Below are positions 7,893-17,011 of a stretch of 59,278 bases of DNA, piece by piece. This DNA is from Candidatus Darwinibacter acetoxidans (GTDB lineage Bacteria > Bacillota > Limnochordia > Darwinibacteriales > Darwinibacteriaceae). Position 1 is the stretch's first letter. Each line of letters opens with the position of its first letter. A model generated the notes under the pieces. That model was not told the origin of the DNA. It saw nothing but the letters and a program-made list of their open reading frames with translations, and searched no databases. The translations under genes and the position numbers were made by a program. The stretch covers positions 1-59,278 of the forward strand of contig JBHGWS010000140.1 in assembly GCA_041936745.1 (NCBI GenBank), read 5' to 3'.

Positions 7893-9284
7893 ATGCGGTA
7901 TTATATGCTGCCAAGGCTTGGCATTAAAAACGCGATGGATTCTCTCTTTGGGCAAATACTCCTGTTTGCCCTGCCCATTATGGCTATGAACGTCCTGCAG
8001 CTGTTGTTTAACGCTGCTGACATGGTTGTGGTGGGCCGCTATTCGGGCAGCCAAGCTTTGGCTGCTGTGGGTGCTACCGGTTCTTTGATTAATCTCATCG
8101 TCAACTTGTTTATGGGCCTCTCAGTCGGGGCTGCGGTTGTCATGGCGCAGGATTATGGTGCGGCCGAGCCGGCTGAAATTCGGAAGTCAGTGCATACTTC
8201 CGTTTTGCTCAGCATAATTGGAGGCGTCGTTGTAATGATAGCGGGCCTATTTCTCTGCCGGCCGCTGCTCAAGATAATGGGCACCCCTAGTGACATCATT
8301 GAACTATCCACGCTGTATATGAAAATCTATTTTCTCGGCCTGCCCGCCAGCATGATTTATAACTTTGGGGCGGCCCTTTTAAGAGCGGTGGGGGACAGCA
8401 AGCGGCCCATGTATTTTTTGACCGTCTCCGGGATAGTTAACGTTCTCTTCAATCTGTTTTTTGTCATAGTTTTAGACATGAGCGTAGCGGGCGTGGCCTG
8501 GGCGACTGTCATTTCCCAGTATTTGGCCATGTTTTTAATGTTTTTGGCCTTAACGCGGACCCCCGGGGCAATGCGCCTTCGCCTGCGGCGGCTGCGGCTT
8601 GATCGGGATAAATTAAAGGCAATCGTCAAAATAGGCCTGCCGGCGGGGCTGCAGAGCCTGCTTTTTTCCATATCCAACGTCTTGATTCAATCAGCCGTTA
8701 ACTCCTTCGGTTCTGTCATGGTGGCTGCCAGTGCCGCTTCCAGCAATGTGGAGGGTTTTGTCAGTACAGCCATGAACGCTTACTACAATGCAGCAATAAC
8801 TTTTACCGGCCAAAGCATGGGGGCGAAGAAATACGGCCGTATTGATTCAATCGCTAAGGTACTGACCATTTTAATTTTCTCAACTTGGCTTGTTTTGGGA
8901 GGCCTGACAGTCCTTTTCGGCCGTACACTTCTTGGATTTTACACTACCAATCCCGCGGTCATCGAACTGGGAATGCTGCGCATGAAAGTGATGATGGCTG
9001 TTTACTTTACCTGCGGCACAATGTCAGTTTATCCCGGCCTAAGCAGGGCCATGGGTTTTTCCGTGCTGCCCATGCTGTCTACGTTAATTGGCGCCTGCCT
9101 AATGCGCATTGTCTGGCTGGCAACTGTCTTTAGGTGGAACCCAACCGTGATGACCCTTTTTGCCGCTTATCCTGTCAGCTGGGCTTTGGCGGGCATAGGC
9201 CAGGTCCTAACATTCTTTTACGCCCGCAGTCAAGTCAGAGAGCAGGCCATGCTGGCAGGCGACTCTTGGGAAATTGGCGCGTAA
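7893..9284 (+). CDS. MATE family efflux transporter
   Basis: LFNAADMVVVG...ALAAVG, RAVGDSKRP and GVAWATVISQ motifs. Confidence 0.92.
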   Translation: MRYYMLPRLGIKNAMDSLFGQILLFALPIMAMNVLQLLFNAADMVVVGRYSGSQALAAVGATGSLINLIVNLFMGLSVGAAVVMAQDYGAAEPAEIRKSVHTSVLLSIIGGVVVMIAGLFLCRPLLKIMGTPSDIIELSTLYMKIYFLGLPASMIYNFGAALLRAVGDSKRPMYFLTVSGIVNVLFNLFFVIVLDMSVAGVAWATVISQYLAMFLMFLALTRTPGAMRLRLRRLRLDRDKLKAIVKIGLPAGLQSLLFSISNVLIQSAVNSFGSVMVAASAASSNVEGFVSTAMNAYYNAAITFTGQSMGAKKYGRIDSIAKVLTILIFSTWLVLGGLTVLFGRTLLGFYTTNPAVIELGMLRMKVMMAVYFTCGTMSVYPGLSRAMGFSVLPMLSTLIGACLMRIVWLATVFRWNPTVMTLFAAYPVSWALAGIGQVLTFFYARSQVREQAMLAGDSWEIGA

Positions 9285-9297
9285 ATAAAAAGAGGGA

Positions 9298-9330
9298 AGA
9301 AAAGGTGGGATTTGACTACCTTTTCTTTTT
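9298..9330 (+). terminator. Terminator after the MATE gene
   Basis: GAAAAGGTGG-7 nt-CTACCTTTTC followed by a T tract. Confidence 0.7.
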
Positions 9331-9339
9331 CTGCCGAGT

Positions 9340-9367
9340 AGTTTACATAATATCTATTATGCGAAGT
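9340..9367. other. dif: dif site (XerC/XerD chromosome dimer resolution site)
   Basis: AGTTTACATAA-TATCTA-TTATGCGAAGT; the reverse complement ACTTCGCATAA-TAGATA-TTATGTAAACT has the 11-6-11 layout, with the XerD arm identical to B. subtilis dif; intergenic; gene orientation flips here. Confidence 0.9.
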
Positions 9368-9379
9368 AATAACCAAAAA

Positions 9380-9415
9380 GGAAAAGCACTCCGGAAGCCG
9401 AGTGCTTTGTTTTTC
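9380..9415. terminator. Bidirectional terminator downstream of the yneA-like gene
   Basis: AAAGCACTC-8 nt-GAGTGCTTT with flanking A and T runs. Confidence 0.7.
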
Positions 9416-9437
9416 TCCTGATTTTCTAACAATTAGG

Positions 9438-9761
9438 TCAAATGGCCTGTTCCGCCAGGCGGATCGCTTTGGGGATTTCAATCCGCAGAGTCTGTCCGGG
9501 AAATATCTCAGCCGAATTTAATTGATTAAGCACCCGAACCGCTGCAATTACATCCCGCGGATCCTTTTTCGGTACGTTAGCTTTGGCTATGGACCACAAA
9601 GTATCGCCCGGCTGTACGGTAATCTCTAAAATCTCACTTGGCACTACGGCGCCGCTGTCTGCCTTGAGCTCAGCAATAATTACCAAAGGTGCGACTGCCA
9701 ACAACACTAAAAGCCCCACTGCGGAAATTGAAGTCATAACACCGGATATTTTCCCTCGCAT
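9438..9761 (-). CDS. yneA: LysM membrane protein, YneA-like SOS cell-division inhibitor
   Basis: N-terminal TM helix, LysM VQPGDTLWSIA...N...IFPGQTL; divergent from lexA and sharing SOS boxes; ATG 9761 has an AGGGGG RBS. Confidence 0.8.
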   Translation of the reverse strand: MRGKISGVMTSISAVGLLVLLAVAPLVIIAELKADSGAVVPSEILEITVQPGDTLWSIAKANVPKKDPRDVIAAVRVLNQLNSAEIFPGQTLRIEIPKAIRLAEQAI

Positions 9762-9779
9762 AGAACCTGACCCCCTTGG

Positions 9780-9882
9780 GAACATTAGTTCCTGATCTGG
9801 TTTCAGTATAATAGAGAACAAACGTTTTGTCAAGAAAAAAGAGAACATTCGTTTGACTTTTTTTGCTCTACCGTGCTATAAT
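9780..9882. promoter_or_regulatory. Divergent lexA/yneA promoters with three LexA (Cheo) boxes
   Basis: GAAC-ATTA-GTTC (9780-9791), GAAC-AAAC-GTTT (9816-9827), GAAC-ATTC-GTTT (9843-9854); yneA promoter TTGACA-17-TATACT (minus, 9833-9805); lexA promoter TTGACT-18-TATAAT with extended -10 TG (9853-9882). Confidence 0.88.
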
Positions 9883-9924
9883 TGTAACAAGTGCGGAATT
9901 GCAGTTTAAACAGGAGGTCATGAC

Positions 9925-10533
9925 ATGCACAAGCTCTCTGAACGCCGGCGGCAGATTTTGAAATTTATTAAAAAAGAAGTGGCTACTAAGGGGTATCCCC
10001 CTTCAGTACGTGAGATTGGTGAAGCAGTTGGCCTGCAGTCGAGCTCTACGGTTCACGGCCATTTAATTAAATTGGAGGAATTAGGCTATATAAAGCGGGA
10101 TCCGGCCAAACCGCGTACGATCGGGCTTGTAGGTGATGAACCTGCTCCGCAAATCAGGGCGATTAACGTGCCCTTGGTCGGCCGGGTTACGGCGGGAGCA
10201 CCTATTTTGGCCGACGAAAACATTGAAGATTACTTCCCCGTCCCAAAAGACTTCGTGCCCCACGAAGATGTTTTTGTTTTGAAAATTAAAGGCAACAGCA
10301 TGATTGAAGCGGGTATTTTAGATGGCGACTACGTCCTAGTTGAAAAGCAGGAAGATGCCAGAAACGGCGATATAGTTGTGGCTCTGCTTAATGGCGAGGA
10401 AGCAACCGTTAAGAGGTTCTTCCATGAAGGCGACCATCTCAGGCTGCAGCCCGAAAATTCTGCAATGGAACCGCTTTTGGTGCGCGATGCTGCTATCTTA
10501 GGTAAAGTTGTTGGGCTGTTTAGGCGGATTTAA
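9925..10533 (+). CDS. lexA: SOS repressor LexA
   Basis: [10 protein letters not shown]...SSSTVH HTH; VTAG-AP cleavage site; GNSM (Ser) and TVKR (Lys) catalytic residues. Confidence 0.97.
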   Translation: MHKLSERRRQILKFIKKEVATKGYPPSVREIGEAVGLQSSSTVHGHLIKLEELGYIKRDPAKPRTIGLVGDEPAPQIRAINVPLVGRVTAGAPILADENIEDYFPVPKDFVPHEDVFVLKIKGNSMIEAGILDGDYVLVEKQEDARNGDIVVALLNGEEATVKRFFHEGDHLRLQPENSAMEPLLVRDAAILGKVVGLFRRI

Positions 10534-10539
10534 CTAAAT

Positions 10540-10579
10540 AAAAGACGTTAGCCGCCGTTGGGCGGGGAAACGTCTTTTT
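10540..10579. terminator. Bidirectional terminator
   Basis: AAAAGACGTT..CCGCC/GGCGG..AACGTCTTTT between convergent genes. Confidence 0.7.
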
Positions 10580-10601
10580 AAAAGCAGCGTGTGCAGCGCG
10601 G

Positions 10602-10769
10602 CTAGATACTTCCGCCGTCTTCTGCCGCATTATTTGTTGTGCTTTTGTTTACATAAACATAGCTGATTGTACCGTCAATCACTAACCGGTAATAATCCCT
10701 GCTCTGCCCTCCCTTTGAATAAGAGCCGATGTAGTGTGCTTCACCCGCAAACTGCAGCGGCTTTTTCAT
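10602..10769 (-). CDS. Small hypothetical protein (55 aa), possibly forespore-expressed
   Basis: Purine-rich RBS (GGGGAGAGGGG) before ATG 10769, its own sigma-F-like promoter, and a downstream terminator. Confidence 0.55.
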   Translation of the reverse strand: MKKPLQFAGEAHYIGSYSKGGQSRDYYRLVIDGTISYVYVNKSTTNNAAEDGGSI

Positions 10770-10804
10770 ATCGCAAACCCCTCTCCCCTTGGCCTTATTA
10801 ACTT

Positions 10805-10834
10805 TAGTATTACTCGGGGCACGGTTGCTTATAC
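10805..10834 (-). promoter_or_regulatory. Sigma-F/G-like promoter
   Basis: Minus strand GTATA-15 bp-AGTAATACTA versus sigma-F consensus GYATA-15-GGnnAnAHTR. Confidence 0.5.
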
Positions 10835-10851
10835 AAAAAGATGGCGGGTGT

Positions 10852-11628
10852 TTACTTTCCATCTTCCGTAGAATAATCCGTTTGTAGGGCTTTGGTTAAT
10901 TCAGGTATTTCTGCAAAGTAGGTTAAATCAAATTGGAGAGGTGTAATCGAGATATAGCCCTGGTCCACGGCAACTAAATCAATATCCGGTTCCTTCTTTG
11001 GGCTGGGCAGGGGCCTTCCCCCCATCCAATAATAGCTGCCTCCCCTGGGGTCCAAGCGTTTTTCCAAAACAGCCTCGTATCTGCTGACCCCTAATCTTGT
11101 AACGCGTATTCCCCGGATTTTTTCTTGCGGCAGTGCCGGGATATTGATGTTTAAAAGGCCGTCTTTGGGTATCAACCCTTTATTGCAAAGTATACCCGGC
11201 GATTCAAACAATAGCTTTTTGGCATAATATTCGGCGGTGGGCATAAACTCGCCGGAACCACAAAGTGAAAGGGCCACGGCGGGAACACCGAGCAGAACAG
11301 CTTCAATGGCAGCCGATACGGTGCCGGAATAAAGGACATCCGTCCCCAGGTTGGCCCCCCTGTTAATGCCGGCTAAAACAAAATCGGGCTCCATCTTTAA
11401 TCCCTGGATTCCCATTTTAACGCAGTCGGCCGGAGTGCCGTCGATGATCAAGCCCCACTCCGCCTCTGTAAGGCGGAGCGGCCGGTTAACCGTGATAGCA
11501 TGGCTCATGCCGCTTCTTTCCAAATGAGGTGCGATAACTTGGATCTGGCCGTAGCCTGTGACGCTTGCCTTTAATGCAGCTAAGCCCGGTGCGTAAATTC
11601 CGTCATCATTGACTAGTAATAACTTCAT
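10852..11628 (-). CDS. surE: 5'/3'-nucleotidase SurE
   Basis: NDDG, SG.SHAIT, GTPADCV and GINRGANLG..VLYSGTV motifs. Confidence 0.96.
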   Translation of the reverse strand: MKLLLVNDDGIYAPGLAALKASVTGYGQIQVIAPHLERSGMSHAITVNRPLRLTEAEWGLIIDGTPADCVKMGIQGLKMEPDFVLAGINRGANLGTDVLYSGTVSAAIEAVLLGVPAVALSLCGSGEFMPTAEYYAKKLLFESPGILCNKGLIPKDGLLNINIPALPQEKIRGIRVTRLGVSRYEAVLEKRLDPRGGSYYWMGGRPLPSPKKEPDIDLVAVDQGYISITPLQFDLTYFAEIPELTKALQTDYSTEDGK

Positions 11629-11661
11629 TGATTCACATCCTGTTTCCCGGCAGGCACTTTT

Positions 11662-11913
11662 TTATGCTTCATCGCCGCTTTTTTCCCTCGGTACGGCTGT
11701 GCCGTAACTTCCTTTAGCATGTATGCGCTTTCCCGCTATTTTCTCCAAAACGCTTTCTTTAATTTGTTTTTCGGCGTAAACGTGCAGCCTAAACTTCCCA
11801 CTCGCGGTGGGGAACATCTCCAGCTCACCGGTTACTCCGTGTTTTTCCCATAATTCCTCTGCAGTCTGCAGCATATCCTGTTCGTTTTCGAATTCAAAAG
11901 CAATGGAATGCAC
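11662..11913 (-). CDS. Hypothetical protein (83 aa)
   Basis: GGAGG RBS, GTG start overlapping the upstream stop, protein-like composition. Confidence 0.65.
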   Translation of the reverse strand: MHSIAFEFENEQDMLQTAEELWEKHGVTGELEMFPTASGKFRLHVYAEKQIKESVLEKIAGKRIHAKGSYGTAVPREKSGDEA

Positions 11914-12143
11914 TATAGTATTGCCTCCTGTTTTAAGATTTCATTACTCTTATCTTTCGTTACTTGTGCCGCCGGTTCCTGCTTAAGGCCCAGGCCGCAG
12001 ACGGGGCAGCTTTGTTTTTTTAACGCCTGCGACTTCAGCCGGAAAACGGCCAGCTGCAGGCCGAGTTTTTTACCCTCCGACTGCCCCACTCTCCTGCCCC
12101 ACCAAAAGCCCAAGGTGAGGGCAAATAAAGCTGTCAGGATCAT
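11913..12143 (-). CDS. Small membrane-anchored protein with a CPVC motif
   Basis: ATGA overlap with the upstream gene, GGAGG RBS, N-terminal TM followed by GRRVG..EG and SCPVCG. Confidence 0.65.
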   Translation of the reverse strand: MILTALFALTLGFWWGRRVGQSEGKKLGLQLAVFRLKSQALKKQSCPVCGLGLKQEPAAQVTKDKSNEILKQEAIL

Positions 12144-12709
12144 GGCCGGGCATCCTCCATCCGAAAAATTTTGGCGTTGCCGATTACTAAAGCCAAAACC
12201 CAAACTACGATTGAATCGAGGGCCGATAAGCTTACGGCACCGTAAAGAAGGATTAAGGTTAGCAGAAAACATTCCAAGCGCCCTATTTTTGTGGCTGTGT
12301 TGGCGGCCTTTACTTGCTTATCGCGCTTAAAATCCACTAAATCGTCGGCTAAATGCACTGCTCCGATGATCAAGAGAGACCAAATGCTTTGAAAAGCACC
12401 CAGGAAAATCAGCATTAAGATAACGCCTAAAATTATTTCCCCCCAGGCTTTCACTAAAGTGGGCAGCTTTTGCTTGGGGGCTTTCAGCATGCCCAGGGAA
12501 TAGCTTGCCCAGAACAAGCCGAAGGCTGATTGAAAGTCTAAAGCCAAAGCCAGGGAAAAAACCGCGGCGCTGTAGGCTATCACCCCGGGGCCTAAAACGC
12601 GCAGGTAAGGAAGGAGCCGCACATCCTTTTCGTCTAAGAGATCATCCATTGTTTTAATAACTAACCCCGTGCCCAATACTGCCAACAATTTAGAACAAAG
12701 AGCGCACAT
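12140..12709 (-). CDS. Hypothetical integral membrane protein with two DDxxD motifs
   Basis: Multiple TM segments; MDDLLD and ADDLVDFKRD motifs. Confidence 0.7.
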   Translation of the reverse strand: MCALCSKLLAVLGTGLVIKTMDDLLDEKDVRLLPYLRVLGPGVIAYSAAVFSLALALDFQSAFGLFWASYSLGMLKAPKQKLPTLVKAWGEIILGVILMLIFLGAFQSIWSLLIIGAVHLADDLVDFKRDKQVKAANTATKIGRLECFLLTLILLYGAVSLSALDSIVVWVLALVIGNAKIFRMEDARP

Positions 12710-13280
12710 AGGCTTGGACCTCCTTAAACCCTGTCAGGTGCAGAGAGGAGACTGTGAAAATGAGTTTGCCGGGAAAACAGCTGCGCAGATGCTCCAACCG
12801 ATTTGAAGCATCTATCAAATCGCATTTAGTGGCAATGATGGCATAAGAGTGAGCTAATTCGCCAAGTTTAGTTAAATGCTGCTCTAAGGGGCCGCAGCCC
12901 TCGAAAGAGGCCGCATCGATTAAATGGAGGAAGTGCGTTATCTTGGGAATGACGGCCAGTGTCTGCCCCATCGCCTGCCGCACGGCGGCTTGGGGGTGGA
13001 TGTGATCTACCAGGCCTACGGAGTCGATGAGCTCTACCTTGTGGGCGCCTTTGCCCTTAGATATGCTGACCGTAACCGCCTGCAGGCTTCTTGTTTGGTG
13101 TTCTGTGTTAGAGACAAACTGTGCCACCGCTTCTTTAACGAGGAAGTCTTTGGTGTAAGAACTGCGGGCATCGCGGAAAGATACTGTCACACTTTCAGAG
13201 CCCAGGTAAGCCGCAAACTGCAGGGTAAAAAGAGTTTTACCCACATTGGGCCGCCCCACGACTAAAATCTTTTTCACCAT
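12690..13280 (-). CDS. Small stand-alone P-loop GTPase (Era/MMR_HSR1-like)
   Basis: G1 GRPNVGKT, G2 QT, G3 DSVG, G4 TKCD, G5 VSS. Confidence 0.8.
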   Translation of the reverse strand: MVKKILVVGRPNVGKTLFTLQFAAYLGSESVTVSFRDARSSYTKDFLVKEAVAQFVSNTEHQTRSLQAVTVSISKGKGAHKVELIDSVGLVDHIHPQAAVRQAMGQTLAVIPKITHFLHLIDAASFEGCGPLEQHLTKLGELAHSYAIIATKCDLIDASNRLEHLRSCFPGKLIFTVSSLHLTGFKEVQAYVRSLF

Positions 13281-14209
13281 TGCGGGGCCCCCTGTAAATC
13301 GGAGCCTGTAATTAAGGTCAATTCTTCTTTTGTCAAACCGCGCTGATTGACCAATCGCACCGCCTGCCGCCTGAGCGTGTGTTCTACCAGGTTTCTGACT
13401 GCCCTGGCATTGCCGAAGTTTAACGGATCTTTTTGGCGCAAAATCCTAATCTGCCGTATAACATCTTTATCAGCACCCGGTGCCAGGCGGTACTGCCGCT
13501 CCCAAAACATGGCTTGGGCTATTTTAAAAAGCTCCAGATCCGAATAATCGGGGAAATTAATGCTGATCGGAAAACGAGAGCGCAGCCCCGGGTTAGCAGC
13601 CAAAAAAACCCGCATCGGGTCAGGGTAGCCGGCCAAAACCACAATTAGGCGGTCTCGTTTATCTTCCATTGCTTTTACCAGGGTATCAATAGTTTCTTTG
13701 CCAAAATCCCTCTCGCCGCCCCTGGCTAAAGAATATGCCTCGTCAATAAAAAGAAGGCCGCCTTCCGCCCTTTTAATCGCTTCGCGGGTTTTTTGCGCCG
13801 TTTGGCCGATATATTGGGCGACCAAATCGGCCCTTTCCACTTCCACAGTATGTCCTTTTTCTAAAATCCCTATTTCTTTCAGCATGCGGCTTAACAGACG
13901 GGCGACCGTTGTTTTGCCCGTACCCGGGTTGCCGACGAAGATGGTATGTAATACTATTGGCTGAGAAACAAGCTCAAGGGCACTGCGGTATTTTTGGATT
14001 AAGGCGAAGGCTTGGATTTCGCTGACGGTACGCTTGACACTGCGCAGGCCAATCAGCTTATCAAGCTGTTTTTGCAGGCTTTCCAAGCGGTGGTTCTGCT
14101 CCTTTTCCAACCCCTCCAAAAGAGGCAGTGCCTGCATATTTTCCAGTGCTTCCGATACGCCCATGCTGCCCCGCTCCACTAGGGAGACGAGCTCTTTTGT
14201 ACTGCGCAC
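13274..14209 (-). CDS. spoVK: AAA+ ATPase, SpoVK/CbbX family
   Basis: [43 protein letters not shown] and FGNARAVRN motifs. Confidence 0.88.
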   Translation of the reverse strand: MRSTKELVSLVERGSMGVSEALENMQALPLLEGLEKEQNHRLESLQKQLDKLIGLRSVKRTVSEIQAFALIQKYRSALELVSQPIVLHTIFVGNPGTGKTTVARLLSRMLKEIGILEKGHTVEVERADLVAQYIGQTAQKTREAIKRAEGGLLFIDEAYSLARGGERDFGKETIDTLVKAMEDKRDRLIVVLAGYPDPMRVFLAANPGLRSRFPISINFPDYSDLELFKIAQAMFWERQYRLAPGADKDVIRQIRILRQKDPLNFGNARAVRNLVEHTLRRQAVRLVNQRGLTKEELTLITGSDLQGAPQW

Positions 14210-14282
14210 GTGCTCACCCCCACTTCTCCCTACCTATTATTTATACGCAAGTGGGGTGTCAGAAGTGCAAAAAAAGCCGTTT

Positions 14283-15227
14283 TTAAATCGCGGCCTGCCA
14301 AAGGCGGCTGCTTTCAGCCAAGATTTCTTCCTCTGAAATCTTAGAAACATTAAACCAGTGGATTTTTTTGTTGCGGCGAAACCAAGATAATTGGCGTTTA
14401 GCGTAGCGGCGGGTATCGCGCTTTAGAAGCTCTATAGCTTCGGCCAGGCTCATTTTGCCCTGCAAATACCAGGCTATTTCCTTATAACCTAAGGCCTGTA
14501 GAGCCGTCGGCTGCTCAGGGTAGGCCTGCAGTAAGCCCTGCACTTCTTCAATTAAGCCCAAAGCGATCATTTCATCAACGCGTTTGTTTATGCGGGCATA
14601 AAGCTCAGGCCGCCTGCGGTTTAAACCGATGTAAAGAGGATTATACGGGCGTTCTTCTTGCGCTTTCTTTTCCTGCAGTACGCTGATGGGCTCCCCGGTC
14701 CTTAAATACACTTCCAAGGCCCTAACCAAGCGCCTGTGATCGTTGGGGTGAATGCGCCGAGCGCTTTTGGCGTCTACTTCTTTTAGCCGGTTATGCAGGC
14801 TTAAAGGATCTTTTTTTGCCTGCGCTGCCAACTCGGCCCGCAGTTTCGGATCCGCTTCGGAATCGGGGAATAAGAATCCATCGATTAAAGCATCGATATA
14901 AAGGCCGGTACCGCCCGTTAAAAGCGCCGTTTTATTCCTGGCTTTTAAATCGGCTAATACCTTTTCCGCCAAAGAAACGTAATTTGCCACATTAAAGCTT
15001 TGATCGGGATCCACAACATCGATGAGGTGATGTTTAACCCTTTTTTGTTCTTCGCGGCCTGCTTTTGCCGTACCGATATCCATTCCCTTGTAAACCTGCA
15101 TGGAATCGGCTGAAATTATTTCCGCCTGCAGTTTTTCCGCCAGCCGCAGGCTGAATTCAGTTTTGCCCACAGCGGTGGGTCCTACTACTATCAAAACCGG
15201 TTGTTTTTGCAATGTATTCATCCTCAT
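14283..15227 (-). CDS. miaA: tRNA dimethylallyltransferase
   Basis: GPTAVGKT, SADSMQVY, GGTGLY and TRRYAKRQ motifs. Confidence 0.97.
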   Translation of the reverse strand: MRMNTLQKQPVLIVVGPTAVGKTEFSLRLAEKLQAEIISADSMQVYKGMDIGTAKAGREEQKRVKHHLIDVVDPDQSFNVANYVSLAEKVLADLKARNKTALLTGGTGLYIDALIDGFLFPDSEADPKLRAELAAQAKKDPLSLHNRLKEVDAKSARRIHPNDHRRLVRALEVYLRTGEPISVLQEKKAQEERPYNPLYIGLNRRRPELYARINKRVDEMIALGLIEEVQGLLQAYPEQPTALQALGYKEIAWYLQGKMSLAEAIELLKRDTRRYAKRQLSWFRRNKKIHWFNVSKISEEEILAESSRLWQAAI

Positions 15228-17011
15228 GATCTGCCAAAGCGGCGCCTTAGTTCCTTATCCTCTAATTTAACGATAATTGGCCTGCCGTGTGGGCAGGTAA
15301 ATGGGTTTTCTGTTGCGGCCAAATCTTCAAGAAGAGTTTTAATAACGGCTTTGTCTAAATATTCCCCTGCTTTGATCGCGCCTATACAGGCCAGGCTGAT
15401 TACAGCTTCTTCCTGCCAGGCGGGTGTTTGACGGCCCGGCCGCTCAGCTATTTCCAATATTTCCGCCTGCCATTTAGCGCTCGTTTCCGCCAATATACTG
15501 GGGACGCTGCGCAAGAGGAATGAGTTCTGGCCGAAAATTTCTAACTCCAAACCGAGCCCGGCCAGTTCAGCCAAAGAATCTTCAATAAGGCTCGCTTCCG
15601 CCGGCGTAAATTCTAAAACCTGCGGCAGGATGCTCTGCACATGTATTTTTGCATCTTTGTAATCTTTTTTCAGCTTTTCATATAAGATCCGCTCGTGCAC
15701 TATGTGTTGATCTAAGATCCAAAGGCCTGTGGCCACTTCCAAAAGCAAATAAGTTTGGTGCAGCTGGCCGATTAGGCGGGCAGAAAGAAGCTGCCGCCTG
15801 ATTTCGGCTAACCCTTCCGGCGGTTGGGGCATCTCTTTTTCACTTACTTTCGCCGGCTCAGGCTGCGGCTTAAGGTAAGTTGGCATCGGTTTAGGCCGCG
15901 GTTTATACTGCCGCAAAAGGGAATCCATATGCTGCCAACTTGCCGGTTCCCATTCCAGCTGTGCCTGGAGTGCAGGTTTAGGCCGCGGGGTTTTCTTTGG
16001 TGCGGGCTTTTCTAAACTGGGGGCCAAATCTTTCTCACTTAAGCCCGACCGAATCGCCGAAAAGACATCGCCAAAAAGCTCTTGTTCGTTGGCGAAGCGC
16101 ACTTCGACTTTCGCCGGGTGGACATTGCAGTCCACAAGTTTTGGGTCCACAGCCATAACCACAACGGCCCAGGGGAATAAGCGGCCCTGCAAAAGGCCGC
16201 GATAAGCTTTTTCCAAAGCAGATTGCAGAGTTGTGCTTTGAATCACGCGGCCGTTCATGATGAAAGTTTGGCCGCTGCGGTTGCCCTTCGCCAGCCGCGG
16301 CGAGCCCAGGTAGCCCAGTACACTTCCCCAGGCGAATTTGGCAGAGAACTTAATGACATCCCTGCTGATATTACTGCCTTGGATAACTAAGATGGTATCT
16401 AAAAGGCGCCCGTTACCGGGAGTGGAAAGGACACTTTTTCCATCCGCCACGAGCCGGAAAGCAATGTGGGGGTGAGCTAAAGCCAGGTTAGTAGCCATCT
16501 CCACAACTCGTCGATTTTCCGCGGCAGGTGTTTTCAAGAATTTAAAACGGGCCGGTACGTTGTAAAACAGGTTGCGGACCTCGACAACGGTTCCTTCCGG
16601 CGAGCCGATCGGCTCGACTAAAAAGCCCTCGCCCTCTTTTTGGGAAATCTTAAAACCGTGTTCCTGTTTAGTGGGCCTTGAGGTCAGTGTTACTTGGGCA
16701 ATGCTGGCAATACTGGGCAGGGCTTCCCCCCGAAAGCCCAAACTCCTTAAAGAAAAGAGATCCTCCGCCACCTCTATTTTACTGGTGGCGTGCGGTTGGA
16801 AAGCAAGTTCTAATTCGTCGGCCGGGATACCGATTCCGTTATCCTGCACTCTTATAAATTCGATGCCCCCTTTGCGGACCTCGATCACAATTTGGCTGGC
16901 GTAAGCATCGATGGAGTTTTCCACAAGTTCCTTAACTACCGAAGCGGGCCGTTCGATAACTTCTCCAGCGGCAATTTTATGTGCAACTCCCGCCGGCAAA
17001 ATTTTAATCAT
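15224..17011 (-). CDS. mutL: DNA mismatch repair endonuclease MutL
   Basis: IAAGEVIERPASVVKELVENSIDA, GFRGEAL, DQH..HER and CPHGRP motifs. Confidence 0.97.
   Translation of the reverse strand: MIKILPAGVAHKIAAGEVIERPASVVKELVENSIDAYASQIVIEVRKGGIEFIRVQDNGIGIPADELELAFQPHATSKIEVAEDLFSLRSLGFRGEALPSIASIAQVTLTSRPTKQEHGFKISQKEGEGFLVEPIGSPEGTVVEVRNLFYNVPARFKFLKTPAAENRRVVEMATNLALAHPHIAFRLVADGKSVLSTPGNGRLLDTILVIQGSNISRDVIKFSAKFAWGSVLGYLGSPRLAKGNRSGQTFIMNGRVIQSTTLQSALEKAYRGLLQGRLFPWAVVVMAVDPKLVDCNVHPAKVEVRFANEQELFGDVFSAIRSGLSEKDLAPSLEKPAPKKTPRPKPALQAQLEWEPASWQHMDSLLRQYKPRPKPMPTYLKPQPEPAKVSEKEMPQPPEGLAEIRRQLLSARLIGQLHQTYLLLEVATGLWILDQHIVHERILYEKLKKDYKDAKIHVQSILPQVLEFTPAEASLIEDSLAELAGLGLELEIFGQNSFLLRSVPSILAETSAKWQAEILEIAERPGRQTPAWQEEAVISLACIGAIKAGEYLDKAVIKTLLEDLAATENPFTCPHGRPIIVKLEDKELRRRFGRS

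Noticed and set aside
11005-16722. GGGCAGGG octamers (11005, 16715) as E. coli-type KOPS
   Set aside because: They lie on the + strand to the right of dif, pointing away from it; a genome-wide skew analysis would be needed to find the real polar motif.
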